Below, one piece after another: positions 25,306 through 37,139 of a stretch of DNA of 64,000 bases (position 1 is its first letter; the number at the start of each line of letters is the position of its first letter). A program made the position numbers and the translations under genes. Under the pieces are notes generated by a model, which made no database searches, was not told where the DNA came from, and saw only the letters and a program-made list of their open reading frames with translations. Origin of the DNA: Piromyces finnis finn (taxonomy: Eukaryota; Fungi; Neocallimastigomycota); assembly GCA_002104945.1 (NCBI GenBank), contig MCFH01000023.1, forward strand, positions 248,001-312,000. The letters are read 5' to 3'.

Positions 25306-27532
25306 AATTAGTTTAGTATTATTATTATGATAATTTAATAGTGAAATTTTTATTTCTAATATTGTTTTTTAATTAAAGCTTTATTAAAATTAATATGGAG
25401 ATTTTTTTTAAAATATAAAAAAAAAAAGCCTTTTTATTTATTTTTTAATTAAATAGATTAGATTTATAGTTGAATATTTAAAAATAAACTTTTATCATTA
25501 TTATTAATTAATTATTAGGAATTTATATTGTAAAAAAATACCGTTATAAATTATTTTAAACTACCATTTCAATAATAATAAAAAGAAATGTTATAAAGTT
25601 AAATTTAATTTCCTCTTTTTTTTTTTAATAATAAACAAAATGAAAATAACTCCAAACATAATTCAATGTTAAATTTCCCATTGTTAAGTAATTTCTTTTA
25701 TTAATCTATTTTAATTTGAATTTTCATTTAATGCATCAATAGATTTATTTTACCTAGGAAAATTTATTTTTTTTTAAATAACATGTTGACCTATCGTAAT
25801 TTTTTAATATAAATTACAAAAAAGTTAATTTCCTAAAGTTTAACAAATAAATAGTAAATTATTTGTTTTTTTTGTTTATTACTTTTCAAAATATTATGGG
25901 CATTAATATAGAAAATAAAAAAGTTTATTATAAAATAGGTTTAAAAAAAACTTTATTTAGAAATAATTAATACTTGTATCATGATTTGTTAGTACTACTA
26001 ATTAAATTAAATAATATTTGACGATTGGTTGGTAACTTTTTATATTTTTATAGGAAATTGAAAGATGGTGAATAGAAAGATTATATAAAAAAAAACTTTA
26101 TAAACTTTTTAATCATGTTCTATATAATTTAAATAAATAATATATATTATAGTTTGAAATCTAAGGAAAAAGTAGGTAGGAAAACTTAATATAAAAGATG
26201 ACATTTCTTTTAGAGAGAAAATATTAATAAATATAAATTTTATTAAAAATCTTATTTACTATAAAATTAATATCTTTAAATTAACGTAGATTAATTTTAA
26301 TAAACCATCTAATATTTTATAAGATTATGAATTAATAAATATTATCCCAAACTTGACTTATATTTATAAAACTTTTTTGGCTAGTTTATCATCTGAAAAT
26401 GAAAACAAATATTTTAACTATTTTATTTTATTAAAAATTAATTTTATTGAGCTTCTTGTTAATGTAATGGGATTTTTTTTCCTATTAAAATGTATATTAA
26501 AAAAAAAATAGTAGACTGAATAAATGAATATTAATATACATTTTCCCTAAATAATTAAGTAATGACATAAATATAATACAACAACATATAAAAATATACA
26601 CTCAATAATTTTCAACAACCTTTTTGATGTGAATAATTAATTTCTTATTTTCATATGCAAATCAACCCTTTTTTTTTTTGTAGACTTTATTTGTATAATA
26701 ACTTTATTTTATTTTTTTATTTTTCTGTAAATTTAAAAAAAAAAACACGTTTTTTAATTTAACTTTATTTATATAGTAAATAAATGTAACAAAATAATAA
26801 TAATAATAATAATAATAATTAATATTATTATTTTATTTTATTTTATTTTTTAATTAAAAGGAGTTTTTTCTTAAAATTCTTAAAACTTTTGTTTTCATCA
26901 CTTTTTATTATGGAAATAATTGAAATAATTAATAAATATAAATTTTGTTTTATTTTTATTATTTTCAACAGTTGCCGCCGCGCCTGTTTCTTATTTAAAA
27001 TAATATTAATTTTTTTTTAATAAATTTTATATTTTTGTTTTATATTTTAATATAAATAGTCGATTTTTAATATATAATACTAAGCTTTTTAAAAAAATTT
27101 CAATTAATCTATTTAATATTATTAGACAGAAAATAATTTAGTTTTCAAACCTTATTAATTATAAAATTATTCAAAAAATGTTTATTTTTAATATAAAGAA
27201 GATGAAACTTTTATATATATAAACATCTTTTTTTTTTTCTTTTTTTTTTTTCAAATTTTTATTTTTATATTTTTAGTAAAATAACTAAAATTTATTTTTT
27301 TTTATTAAAGAATAAATGAAATCAATAATAATATTATTATTATAGTAAAAAGAAAAAATAATAATTATTTATAATATTATAATACTTATTATTATATAAA
27401 TAATTATATATATGTATTTTATAATATTGTAAAAATAAAAATAAAAATTATAATATATCTTTATAGAAGAAGAAAAAAAAAAAAAAGGTAAAATAAAAAG
27501 TTTAATTGTAAAGCTTAAATATATAGATAAAA

Positions 27533-29079
27533 ATGTATTCTCAAAAAAGTTTTATTGAAGATAGAACACATGCTTCATATTTTGACTGGTTATTTAGTAA
27601 GGGAACAAATTATACTTGTTACCTTGAATATGAAAATATTCTTAAAAATAATCATGAACAAGAATTAAATAATATAATTGATATTGTTCGTACTATTATT
27701 TATGCATTATCCCAACCTTTTCAATTTACCTTTTTCTACTGGACCCTTTTAATCTTTTTAATGCATAAATTTAATTTTAAAAAGCCAATTATGAAGATTC
27801 TTTTAGCTCATTACTTATTACGGTAAGTGTTAAAGTTCTTTTATAAAATGTAAAATTATCAACATAATACTAATTAATATATATTCAATTTAATAGTTGT
27901 ACAGGTCATATTATAGATAATTTTGGAGGATTAATGAATCATTATTATTCAAATGAACCAGTTTACGATTCAAAGGGAAATATCATTAGCTATAAATGTA
28001 GATATGATTCTTCTTCCACTGAAATGCATCCATTAAAATGGCTTTTAACAAGACAAATTTGTACTATTTTTTGGTTTTCTGGTGAAATTATTGCAGATTG
28101 GTATCCATTACTTAGAACAAAGGCTGTCATTCAAAAGCAAAAGTCAATCAGATACGTTTATGCTTCTTGTGGATTTTTCAATTTATCAAAAATTTCATTA
28201 ATGGTTTATCACTTTATGTTAAGTCCAACCGAATTATATGATAAAAACGGTGCTTATGATAAGGAAAGAGTTAGTAACTTTTATAATACCTATTGGATTA
28301 TTCAATTAATTATTATATATGCCTCAGTTATTTACGATTTCACTGTATTTATGGTTTTAAAAAATAATGTTTTCAAAATAAATAAATCAGAATTTGGATT
28401 TATGAAAAAATTTAGAAATATATCAGAATTCAGAATTCTCGTTTCAGCCATTATAAGTGCAGTTTTCTTACCTATTGTTTCCTTTACTATTATTATGAAA
28501 TTTTATTGTAATCATAAATATAATTATTATAATTTAGATTTTTCATTTGATGCTATAAGACAATTAATTGCCAATGGACAATATTTTATGATATTTATTG
28601 ATCAAATATTATTATTAAGATCAAGTGAAGAAACTTCACGCGAAAGAAGTACAACAAAATCAAGTCATTTAGGAAACAATAGATCAAACTTTATGAGATC
28701 TATAAATAATGATAAAACTTACTACAGTATAACTGATTTCAATAATACAAACAATATTTTTGATTCTATATCAAGAAAAAAGACTGAAAAACAAAGTTTA
28801 AGTAAGTTTTCCCCAAGTAATACAACCTCTATTGATAGTCCAACTATTGCTATTGACTACAATTCACCAGTTGATAATAATTTATTAGCTTTAAGTCCTA
28901 AAGCTAATACTAGTCCAATTGTAGTTGGCTCATTAGGTGGATTTTCAAATGTTTATAACAAATTTAATGAAAATTCAAATATTCCTAGCAATAATAATAA
29001 TAACATAATTAATTACAATACTAGTTCAAATGTCTCAAATATAAACACAAATTACAATAGCAATGGATGGTATTATTAA
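27533..29079 (+). CDS. Seven-transmembrane (GPCR-like topology) protein, paralog of 17530..18849 (exons 27533-27822, 27897-29079)
   Basis: An intron gtaagt...taatag (27823-27896) joins the two ORFs in frame (..AHYLLR|CTGHIIDNF..). Motifs FWFSGEIIADWYPLLRT and FIDQILL; Ser/Asn-rich tail. Confidence 0.8.
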
Positions 29080-31171
29080 AAATATTAATATTATCATGAA
29101 ACAAATAACAAAAATAAAATTTATAATATATATTAGTTAAATAATAGAATATATCATAAAAATGTAATTATAAGAAAAAAAAAAACCTATATCCATAATA
29201 TATATTATAAATTATTAGAATACTAATTATAGACTACTACTAATAGTGTAATAGATAAAATAAATATTCATCTTACTAATAAAGTAATACTTTATAGACG
29301 GAAAAAATAATTTAAGTAAATATTCTTTAATTAATTATAATTATTATTATAATTATTAAAATATAAATTAATAAATAAATCTATAATAAAATTATAAATA
29401 AATTTTTAAAGAGTTATGTCATGTCTCATATTAAAATTATCATCCTAATAAAAAAATTTTAAAGTGATACAAGAAAAATTTTTTTTTTATATAATAAATT
29501 TATTATAAATAATTAATTATTAATTATTACTTAATAAAATTTCATATTAATCATTATTACTGTTTTAATAAAAGAAAAAAAAAAATAGGTACTAAGCACA
29601 ATAGAACAAATATAGTCATATTGATAAAAGAACAATAACCACAATAGAAAGAAAATTAAAAAATTATTAATCTTTTTCTTTTTAAAAAAAATTCATTTAA
29701 TTCAAAAAAAAAAAGAAAAAGATTTTTTTTTCTTTTTTAGCATCACGAGTTCCAATAAGAAAAATTATCATATGAAAGTAATAAATAGCCTTTTTTTAAG
29801 CAAATTTATACAAATAATTAATTTAAAAATAAATAAATGAATAAGAATTTGGTAAATTTATTTTTAGTATCTTTTTTTATAAAAATATATATATTATACT
29901 ATTATACTATTTAAATAAAATAAAAAAAAAAGATTTTTTTATATTTATTAGGATAAAGGATCTTTTAATTCTATCATCCTAGATAAATAATATTTTTATT
30001 CTATTTATCTATTATTTTGTTTATATAAATATATTAAAAAAAAATATTAGCATAATTTTTTAATTAGAAATGATATATAATAAATTAAATGTAATAAAAG
30101 AATGTATTTTAATAAATGTATGCAATGTACAATCCACAGGAAATGATGTGTATTTTTTAAGAATGACAAATAAAAAGTAAAAGAAAGACTTCTGGTAAAA
30201 ACATCAAAAATCTAGTAGTAAATTTAAAATCTTCTATAAAGAGAAATTTTAATTAAACCTGTATATAAATTAAAAAAATTCCAAATAAATATTAAATTTT
30301 TAATAACCAATAAGAATCAAGTTGAGAGTTAAAACTTTAAAAAATAGAATAATACTTTTCTGTCAAAAAAAAGAAAAAAATGAAGTTAGAATAATAAAAT
30401 GGTAAAAGAGAAAGTTTTTTTTTTTTTTTTTGTATAATATAATTGAAGTCATAATGAAAAATAAAATTGTATATAATATTAGGTCCAGTTATAGTGATTC
30501 TAAAAATTATACCTTTAAGTAACAAATGATGCAATGTTTTTAATGATTACTCTCAATTGACAATATGAAATATACTAAATATGTTTTATTCTGATTTTAA
30601 GACAATTTTATTAATTATATTACCTTTTTTTTTTTTTTTATTTTTATTAAAATATTTCTTTTTTCCTTTAATGATATTTTTGTTTTTATTAATTTTATTA
30701 TATTTAGGTGTACCTTTATTAATATTTGTTTAAAATTGATTTTAAACTAAACCCCTTGAAGAACTTATAATGATTATTATTAAAATAAGGAAGTCTGGAA
30801 ATAAATTTGTTTAAGCATTGTAAAATAGAAATATATATTATTCATACATCTATGTCAGATATAAGAATTAACAATTACAAAAAAAAAAATTCATAAGTTT
30901 TTTTTTTTTTTTTTATAAAATTTGGTAAATAATTTTTTTTTTTTTTAATAAATATTTTTTTTAAATTAAATTTTTGAAAGGTTAAAATCTACTGGTAAAA
31001 TTTATATATTAAACTTTATAAGAAAAGAAAAAAAAAAACTAAAATTTAAAGTTTGAAATTATAAATGAAGTTCTTTTAAATATTTTTATTATTATTATTA
31101 TTAAAACAATTTTAAATCAATTTATAAATATTATATAAACACAAATTTTAAAATATAAATTGTTTTATAAA

Positions 31172-34100
31172 ATGGACGAAAAAGGAAAACAAAATGTAAG
31201 AGTGCTATTGATTGATTCAATAAAAAATAATTATATCACAACATTTAAAAAAATTATTCAAGAAATTAAAGATACCTACAATGATTGTAGTTTTGTTGAT
31301 ATGGATTTATTAGCTGTTGCGTTAGAGTATAATTCATCTGTCGAAATGGTAGAAACTATTTTAATTAATGATAAATATGAAACACTAAATTATTATTACA
31401 ACAACGGCGGAAATAGAAAATTACCTTTGTCTTTTGCAATTCAAAAAAATAATTTTGAAGTGGCTGATCTTTTAATGGAATATGGAGCAAAACTTAACAA
31501 TATACCCTATTATATTCTAAAAACTTCAATATCTCCTGAAAATACAAAATATCTATTAGATAGAAATTTAGAGATTTCCTCAATATTAATAAATAACCTT
31601 ATTACAGATAATATGATTTTTTTTTTAAAACAAATTTTTAATAATTGCTTTTTTAACAATTCTTTTATACTGACATTACTATCAAACTATAAAAATAAAA
31701 CCCCAATTTCTAAAAAACAATTTTATAATAAAATAAAAGAAGAAAAAGAAAAAATTATTTTTAATGAATCATTATATGAAATTGCTATTTATAATAATAA
31801 CTACGAAATGTTAAATTTATTAATAAAATATGATACCAGAGATAAAAACGAAATGTGTAATGAACTTTATAGATTACTTTGTAATAAAGAAGAATCAATT
31901 CAAAATCAATTTATTAACATTATTCAATGTAGTGAAATAAAACTGAAACTAAGTAAAAAATTATATGATAAAGAAAAAATCTTAAAATTAATTATTGGTA
32001 ATAATGTTAAAAATCTTCAAAACTATATAAACAAAAATAAGGTTCAATTGATAGATTACTTTGATAAGACAAATAAACAAGATTTATTAAAATTAGCTAT
32101 TGATAATAATTTAAGTAATCGAATGATAGATTTAATAATTCAGCAATGTCATTATGAAAATTTAGATTACTATATTACCATGGATGGGACATCTACACCA
32201 CTTTTATACTTTACCATTTCTCAAAATAAATATAGAATTTTTGATTTCTTAATAAAAAAGGGTGCCAATATTAATTTTGGAAACATTTTGGTCAACCTAA
32301 ATTTTGATAATTTACTAAATTCCAAAAATTTAAAATACCTATTGAATTCAAACTATGAATTACATCCAATACTATTGGAACAAGTTATGAAAAAGAAGGA
32401 TCCAAGTTTAATTGAAATGATCTTTAATATTTATATTTATAATAATAGTTTTATATTAAATTTATTATCCATTTATAAAAATAAAACACCTTTATCCTAT
32501 TCACAATTAAGAAATAAAATTACAATTGAAAAAAATAAATTTAGTTCCAAAAGACATAACCTCTATTTAATAGCTTTTAATGACGAAAGTTTTGATATTT
32601 TATCCATTTTATATAAATATGATTATCGAGAAGATAAGGATATTTTAATCGATTTATTTTATAAGATAAATAGAAATGAGAAAAAAAACAAGTTTATAGA
32701 AAAAGTTAAAAATAAAGAAATAAATTTATCGCTAGTGGATGATTACTTTTTAAATAATTTAAGATATAGTGAAGATCGAATTAGAACTATAAAAAGAATG
32801 ATAAGAAAGGATCAATTAATGGAATTAAAGAATTTTATAGTAATGAATAATATATTATTACCGTACTTTAGAACAAAATATTTTGATCCATTAATTTATG
32901 CTATAGAAAAGGAAGCTTCACATAAAATTTTGAAGTTTATTATTCAGCAATATTCCTCTCATTTGGACTTTATTATTGAATATAATTATAACTATTATGA
33001 TGATGCTGATGATGATGATAATAATAGTGTATCTTTTAATAATGGTTATACCTATAATTCTAATAATGAAATTAATAATAATTATAACAACAACAATAAC
33101 AATAATAATAATGACGATGATGATGATGACGACGATGATGATATCGATGATAATCATATTGATGATGATGATTTAGAAGAGGAAGCCACATTTATAACAC
33201 CATTAATTTCAGCTCTTTCAATGACTAATCTTGATATTGCTGATTTATTAATTAAACAGGGAGCGGATATTAATTTTGAAGACATTGGCCATCATCTTGT
33301 TGAAAATGGCGACATTAACATGAAAAATTTAAATTATATTTTAAATCATAATTATACAGTGACATTTGATTTTATGATTTCATTAATTGAAAATGGTGAT
33401 AATAAGTTTTTGAAACATATATTCAAATTCTATGTTTTTAATAATGATATAGTATTGAAATTTTTATCCTTATCAAAAAATAAAATACCTTTGTCTAATA
33501 AACGACTAAATGATCTTGTTTTAAAACAAAGATATCATATTTTTGTAGGGTTTTATTGGTATAAAAAGGCTATTGGTTGTCATAACAATGAAGCTTTAGA
33601 TCTCTTTATCGATCATAGTATTAGTTCTAAACAAATCATTGGAGAATTCGAAATGAATGGCTTGTTAATAAAGAGTTTAAATTCTAATAATTTCTATTCC
33701 ATAAAGAAATTATTCAATTTAACCTTCCTTGACATTTATATCATTGATTTAGATAATATCAACAAATCGATAACTTTATCTTCCTTAAATGATGAAGAAT
33801 TGACTGAAGAAGATGAAATTGTAATGAAGGAGTTTATAGAAAATGAAAATATTGTAAATGATGATTCCATCAATGAAAATAACGCATCAACAAGCAATTC
33901 AATTCTATTAGATTCTTTAACCTACTTCATAACTTCCTTGATAAATCATCCCCTTTTTGATTTCAAAAAAATTAAATTTGAAAAACTTTTATCTCTAATG
34001 ACCGGGATACTCGAATTTTACAAGATAAAATTTTTAATTCAAAAATGTTTAAACCACCCCACCTTTAATTTTGATTATGTTGATTTTAAAAAGGTGTTGA

Positions 34101-34894
34101 CTATTTTAGAAACAATTTATAATCTTCCCCTGACCGAATGGATGATTGATCTAACCTATCGCCATCCAACTTTTTCTTTTAAAAAATATAATTTCGAAAG
34201 TCTCTTAACCACCATTAATTATTATCGTAATACTGATTTATTAAAATTCTTTATTGAACGCTCTCTTTATCAAGAAACTTTTGATTTTGAACACTTGTCT
34301 ATTCGAAATATATTTTTATATATTGGGAAAATCGATGATCAATCTATTTCAGAGTATTATTTGAATAAACTCATTGGATGTGAAAAATTTCATATGAAAT
34401 ATGTCAACATGAATGATTTATTCATTACCACCGGTAATATTGCTGAAAAATCAAATGAAATATTAGATGATGTGAATCAAAAATTTTTAAATGATCCAAG
34501 TTTTAATCTTTCTTCTTCCGACATCAACATTGAAACCCTTCTTAAAGCTTTAAGTAGAATAGGGAATCTTTATGCTTTAGAATATTATACCCATAAAATT
34601 TTACATCATCCTACCTTGGATTTACAAAATCCTTGCACTCTTGAAGAAATTTTATATACCCTATGTAAAATAAAGAACTCTATTTTTGTAAAAATGGTGA
34701 TGGATGACCTTTTTCAATTGAAAAAAACAAGATTCACCATTTTAACCAAAGTATTTAAACCAACCAATTCGTATTTTCATCATCAAACCGTGATTCAATC
34801 CATAAATTATAAAAAAATTTTAACTTTAGCTAAACATTACCGAAATCAAATCATTATTGATTTTATTCAAGAAAATTTAAATACTAAAGAATAG
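31172..34894 (+). CDS. Large ankyrin-like repeat protein (paralog of 1..2324) with an Asn/Asp low-complexity insert and C-terminal HPxFxF repeats
   Basis: About 1240-aa intronless ORF; first ATG at 31172. Ankyrin-like segments KLPLSFAIQKNNFEVADLLMEYGA, TPLLYFTISQNKYRIFDFLIKKGANINF and TPLISALSMTNLDIADLLIKQGADINF. Confidence 0.85.
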   Translation: MDEKGKQNVRVLLIDSIKNNYITTFKKIIQEIKDTYNDCSFVDMDLLAVALEYNSSVEMVETILINDKYETLNYYYNNGGNRKLPLSFAIQKNNFEVADLLMEYGAKLNNIPYYILKTSISPENTKYLLDRNLEISSILINNLITDNMIFFLKQIFNNCFFNNSFILTLLSNYKNKTPISKKQFYNKIKEEKEKIIFNESLYEIAIYNNNYEMLNLLIKYDTRDKNEMCNELYRLLCNKEESIQNQFINIIQCSEIKLKLSKKLYDKEKILKLIIGNNVKNLQNYINKNKVQLIDYFDKTNKQDLLKLAIDNNLSNRMIDLIIQQCHYENLDYYITMDGTSTPLLYFTISQNKYRIFDFLIKKGANINFGNILVNLNFDNLLNSKNLKYLLNSNYELHPILLEQVMKKKDPSLIEMIFNIYIYNNSFILNLLSIYKNKTPLSYSQLRNKITIEKNKFSSKRHNLYLIAFNDESFDILSILYKYDYREDKDILIDLFYKINRNEKKNKFIEKVKNKEINLSLVDDYFLNNLRYSEDRIRTIKRMIRKDQLMELKNFIVMNNILLPYFRTKYFDPLIYAIEKEASHKILKFIIQQYSSHLDFIIEYNYNYYDDADDDDNNSVSFNNGYTYNSNNEINNNYNNNNNNNNNDDDDDDDDDDIDDNHIDDDDLEEEATFITPLISALSMTNLDIADLLIKQGADINFEDIGHHLVENGDINMKNLNYILNHNYTVTFDFMISLIENGDNKFLKHIFKFYVFNNDIVLKFLSLSKNKIPLSNKRLNDLVLKQRYHIFVGFYWYKKAIGCHNNEALDLFIDHSISSKQIIGEFEMNGLLIKSLNSNNFYSIKKLFNLTFLDIYIIDLDNINKSITLSSLNDEELTEEDEIVMKEFIENENIVNDDSINENNASTSNSILLDSLTYFITSLINHPLFDFKKIKFEKLLSLMTGILEFYKIKFLIQKCLNHPTFNFDYVDFKKVLTILETIYNLPLTEWMIDLTYRHPTFSFKKYNFESLLTTINYYRNTDLLKFFIERSLYQETFDFEHLSIRNIFLYIGKIDDQSISEYYLNKLIGCEKFHMKYVNMNDLFITTGNIAEKSNEILDDVNQKFLNDPSFNLSSSDINIETLLKALSRIGNLYALEYYTHKILHHPTLDLQNPCTLEEILYTLCKIKNSIFVKMVMDDLFQLKKTRFTILTKVFKPTNSYFHHQTVIQSINYKKILTLAKHYRNQIIIDFIQENLNTKE

Positions 34895-35165
34895 TTGCGT
34901 TTTTTTTTTAACACTTATTATTAAAAAAAAAAAAAAAAAGAAAAAAAAAAAAAGAAAATTCTTCCAGTAGTAATAAACATCTTATTAAAAATTATTGATA
35001 ATTTATCTATTTTATTTTTTATATACTGTGTATATATATATATATATATATTTTAATACTAAAAATTAAACTGGTTTATTATTTATTAAAAAAATTTTGT
35101 TTTTATTTATTTATTTTTTTTTTTTTTTTAAAAAAGAAAAGTGATTAGAGTATGGTATTAAATTA

Positions 35166-37139
35166 TTAATTTATATATTGAATATAAGCCATAATGAATG
35201 GTCCAACCCCCTTAGCATCATCACTACCAACTTTTTCAGAAAGATAGTAGGACATAGTACCATCTTTAGTAGGTTTGGTAGCTGGACCAAGACCAGCGGT
35301 AATACAAATATCTGATAAAGTATTATTTTTAAATGAATGTTGATAAATTCCTTCAAAAATTTCTTTTCCCTTTTGAGTATAAGTACTTTGATGATATTTA
35401 TTACCATATTTCATCAAAGTATAGGCAAACATGGAGGTGCCACTAGATTCAACATAATTAGAAACTAAAGTTTTAATATTACCATATTTAACAGAATTAT
35501 TACTTTTTAAATAACTGTTGTCCACCATTATAATTTTTTCTTGTTGATCAACGATTTGGTAAAACATTTTTGTTATATCATCTTGGTAGGGTAAAATACT
35601 TGTTAATAAATTATCCAACATATTTTTAAGATAGTCTTTTCTTTCACCCTCTGGTAGATAATCTAAGATATCAATAATGGATACGGAGAACCAACCTAAA
35701 CTTCTAAGCCAGAAATTCATACTTTTACCGTTATTTTGTTGACTCCAAAAAACTGTTTGAGTTGTATCATATCCATGGTAATATAACCCATTTTCTGCTT
35801 TCATATGTTCATCTATGTACTTGTATTGAGAAATAATAGTATCTATTATACTTGGATCGTTTTTTAATAAGGCATATCTAGTAAGGAATGGAGTGTACAT
35901 ATACATACCATCTAACCATATTTGATCGGGATAGATAGTTTTATGGGAAAAATTAGGAGATTGTTTTGCAATTGGCATTGTCATAAGTTGACTATAGGTA
36001 TATTCAATAGCAGTAAGGTATCTAGAATCTCCGGTCATTTCATAAGCATCAAATAAAATTTTACTTTCACATACAGAATCTAATTCTCCAGATTTAAATC
36101 CATTGCTATTATTTTCAGTTTTGGTATTTTTATCCTTATCAATATAGATAAAGGTACCATTTTCAGAAATGTAATAATTAATAAACTTTAAAAAGAAATT
36201 TTTATACTTTTCATCATTTGTCTTCTTATATATATTAACAATACTATTTAAGAAAACACCATCAATGTAATTCCATCTTCCTTTAAATCCTTCTTTATTC
36301 CAATATGGAATATAAGAATTCGTTTTTTCAATTAAATTATCAATATATTGAATAAGGTTAATGTTATTTTGTTTTTGATATTTTTCTTTCTTTTCATATT
36401 TTATGAATAAATCATAGGGTTGAGAAACTTTAATATCTGAAAAATCAAAATAATGAGTGAAGTCACTATCTGAAAATGCACCTTCAAAATGATAACCTTC
36501 CTTACTTAAATTTAATTCTTCTATTTCTTTATTTAAATCATTTTTTAATGTAAATACTATTTTACTTTCTATATTTTCCTCATCATCATTACTATTTTGA
36601 ACTTGATTTTCTGGTTCTAAAGAGATAGACTTATTTTTATTTATATTATCATAGTTACAAATAGAAGAGTCTATACCACACCATTGGTTATTATCAATAC
36701 CCCAATCCCCACTGGCATCGGATACATATATTGTACATTTAGATGATGGACAACATTTATATCCTAATTTTTCAGACCAGCATGTTTCATTAAAATTACA
36801 AACTGAAGGATTAATACCACACCATTGCTTATTATCAATACCCCAATCTCCATTTTCATCTGTTAAATATACAATACAATTAGATGAAGGACAACATTTA
36901 TAGCCTAAGCTTTCTGACCAACATGTTTCTTTAAGAATAAAAATGAAAAAAAAAAAAAAAAATAGTATAATTGATCAATATTATATATTTATATTTATTT
37001 AGTATTTTTACTTAAGTTTTGTTAATTTTATATATTTAGTATCTTTCTATTTATTTTAAATGGAATATAAAAAATTACCTTGTTTAGTATATACTAATCC
37101 AAGTAATGAAAGAGTTGTAAATGTATAAGATATTTTCAT
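35166..37139 (-). CDS. Cellulosome-type GH105 (unsaturated rhamnogalacturonyl/glucuronyl hydrolase): signal peptide + two fungal dockerins + degenerate InlB B-type repeat + GH105 (exons 37139-37079, 36928-35166)
   Basis: Dockerins CWSESLGYKCC..GDWGIDNKQWCGI and CWSEKLGYKCC..GDWGIDNNQWCGI. GH105 motifs WNYIDGVF, QIWLDGMYM, GLYYHGYD, FWLRSLGWF, ESSGTSMFAY and DDAKGVGPFIMAY. Exon 2 is open from 36928. Confidence 0.88.

Noticed and set aside
32918-33176. Ile-rich and Met-rich short ORFs
   Set aside because: Alternative frames of the Asn/Asp low-complexity tract.
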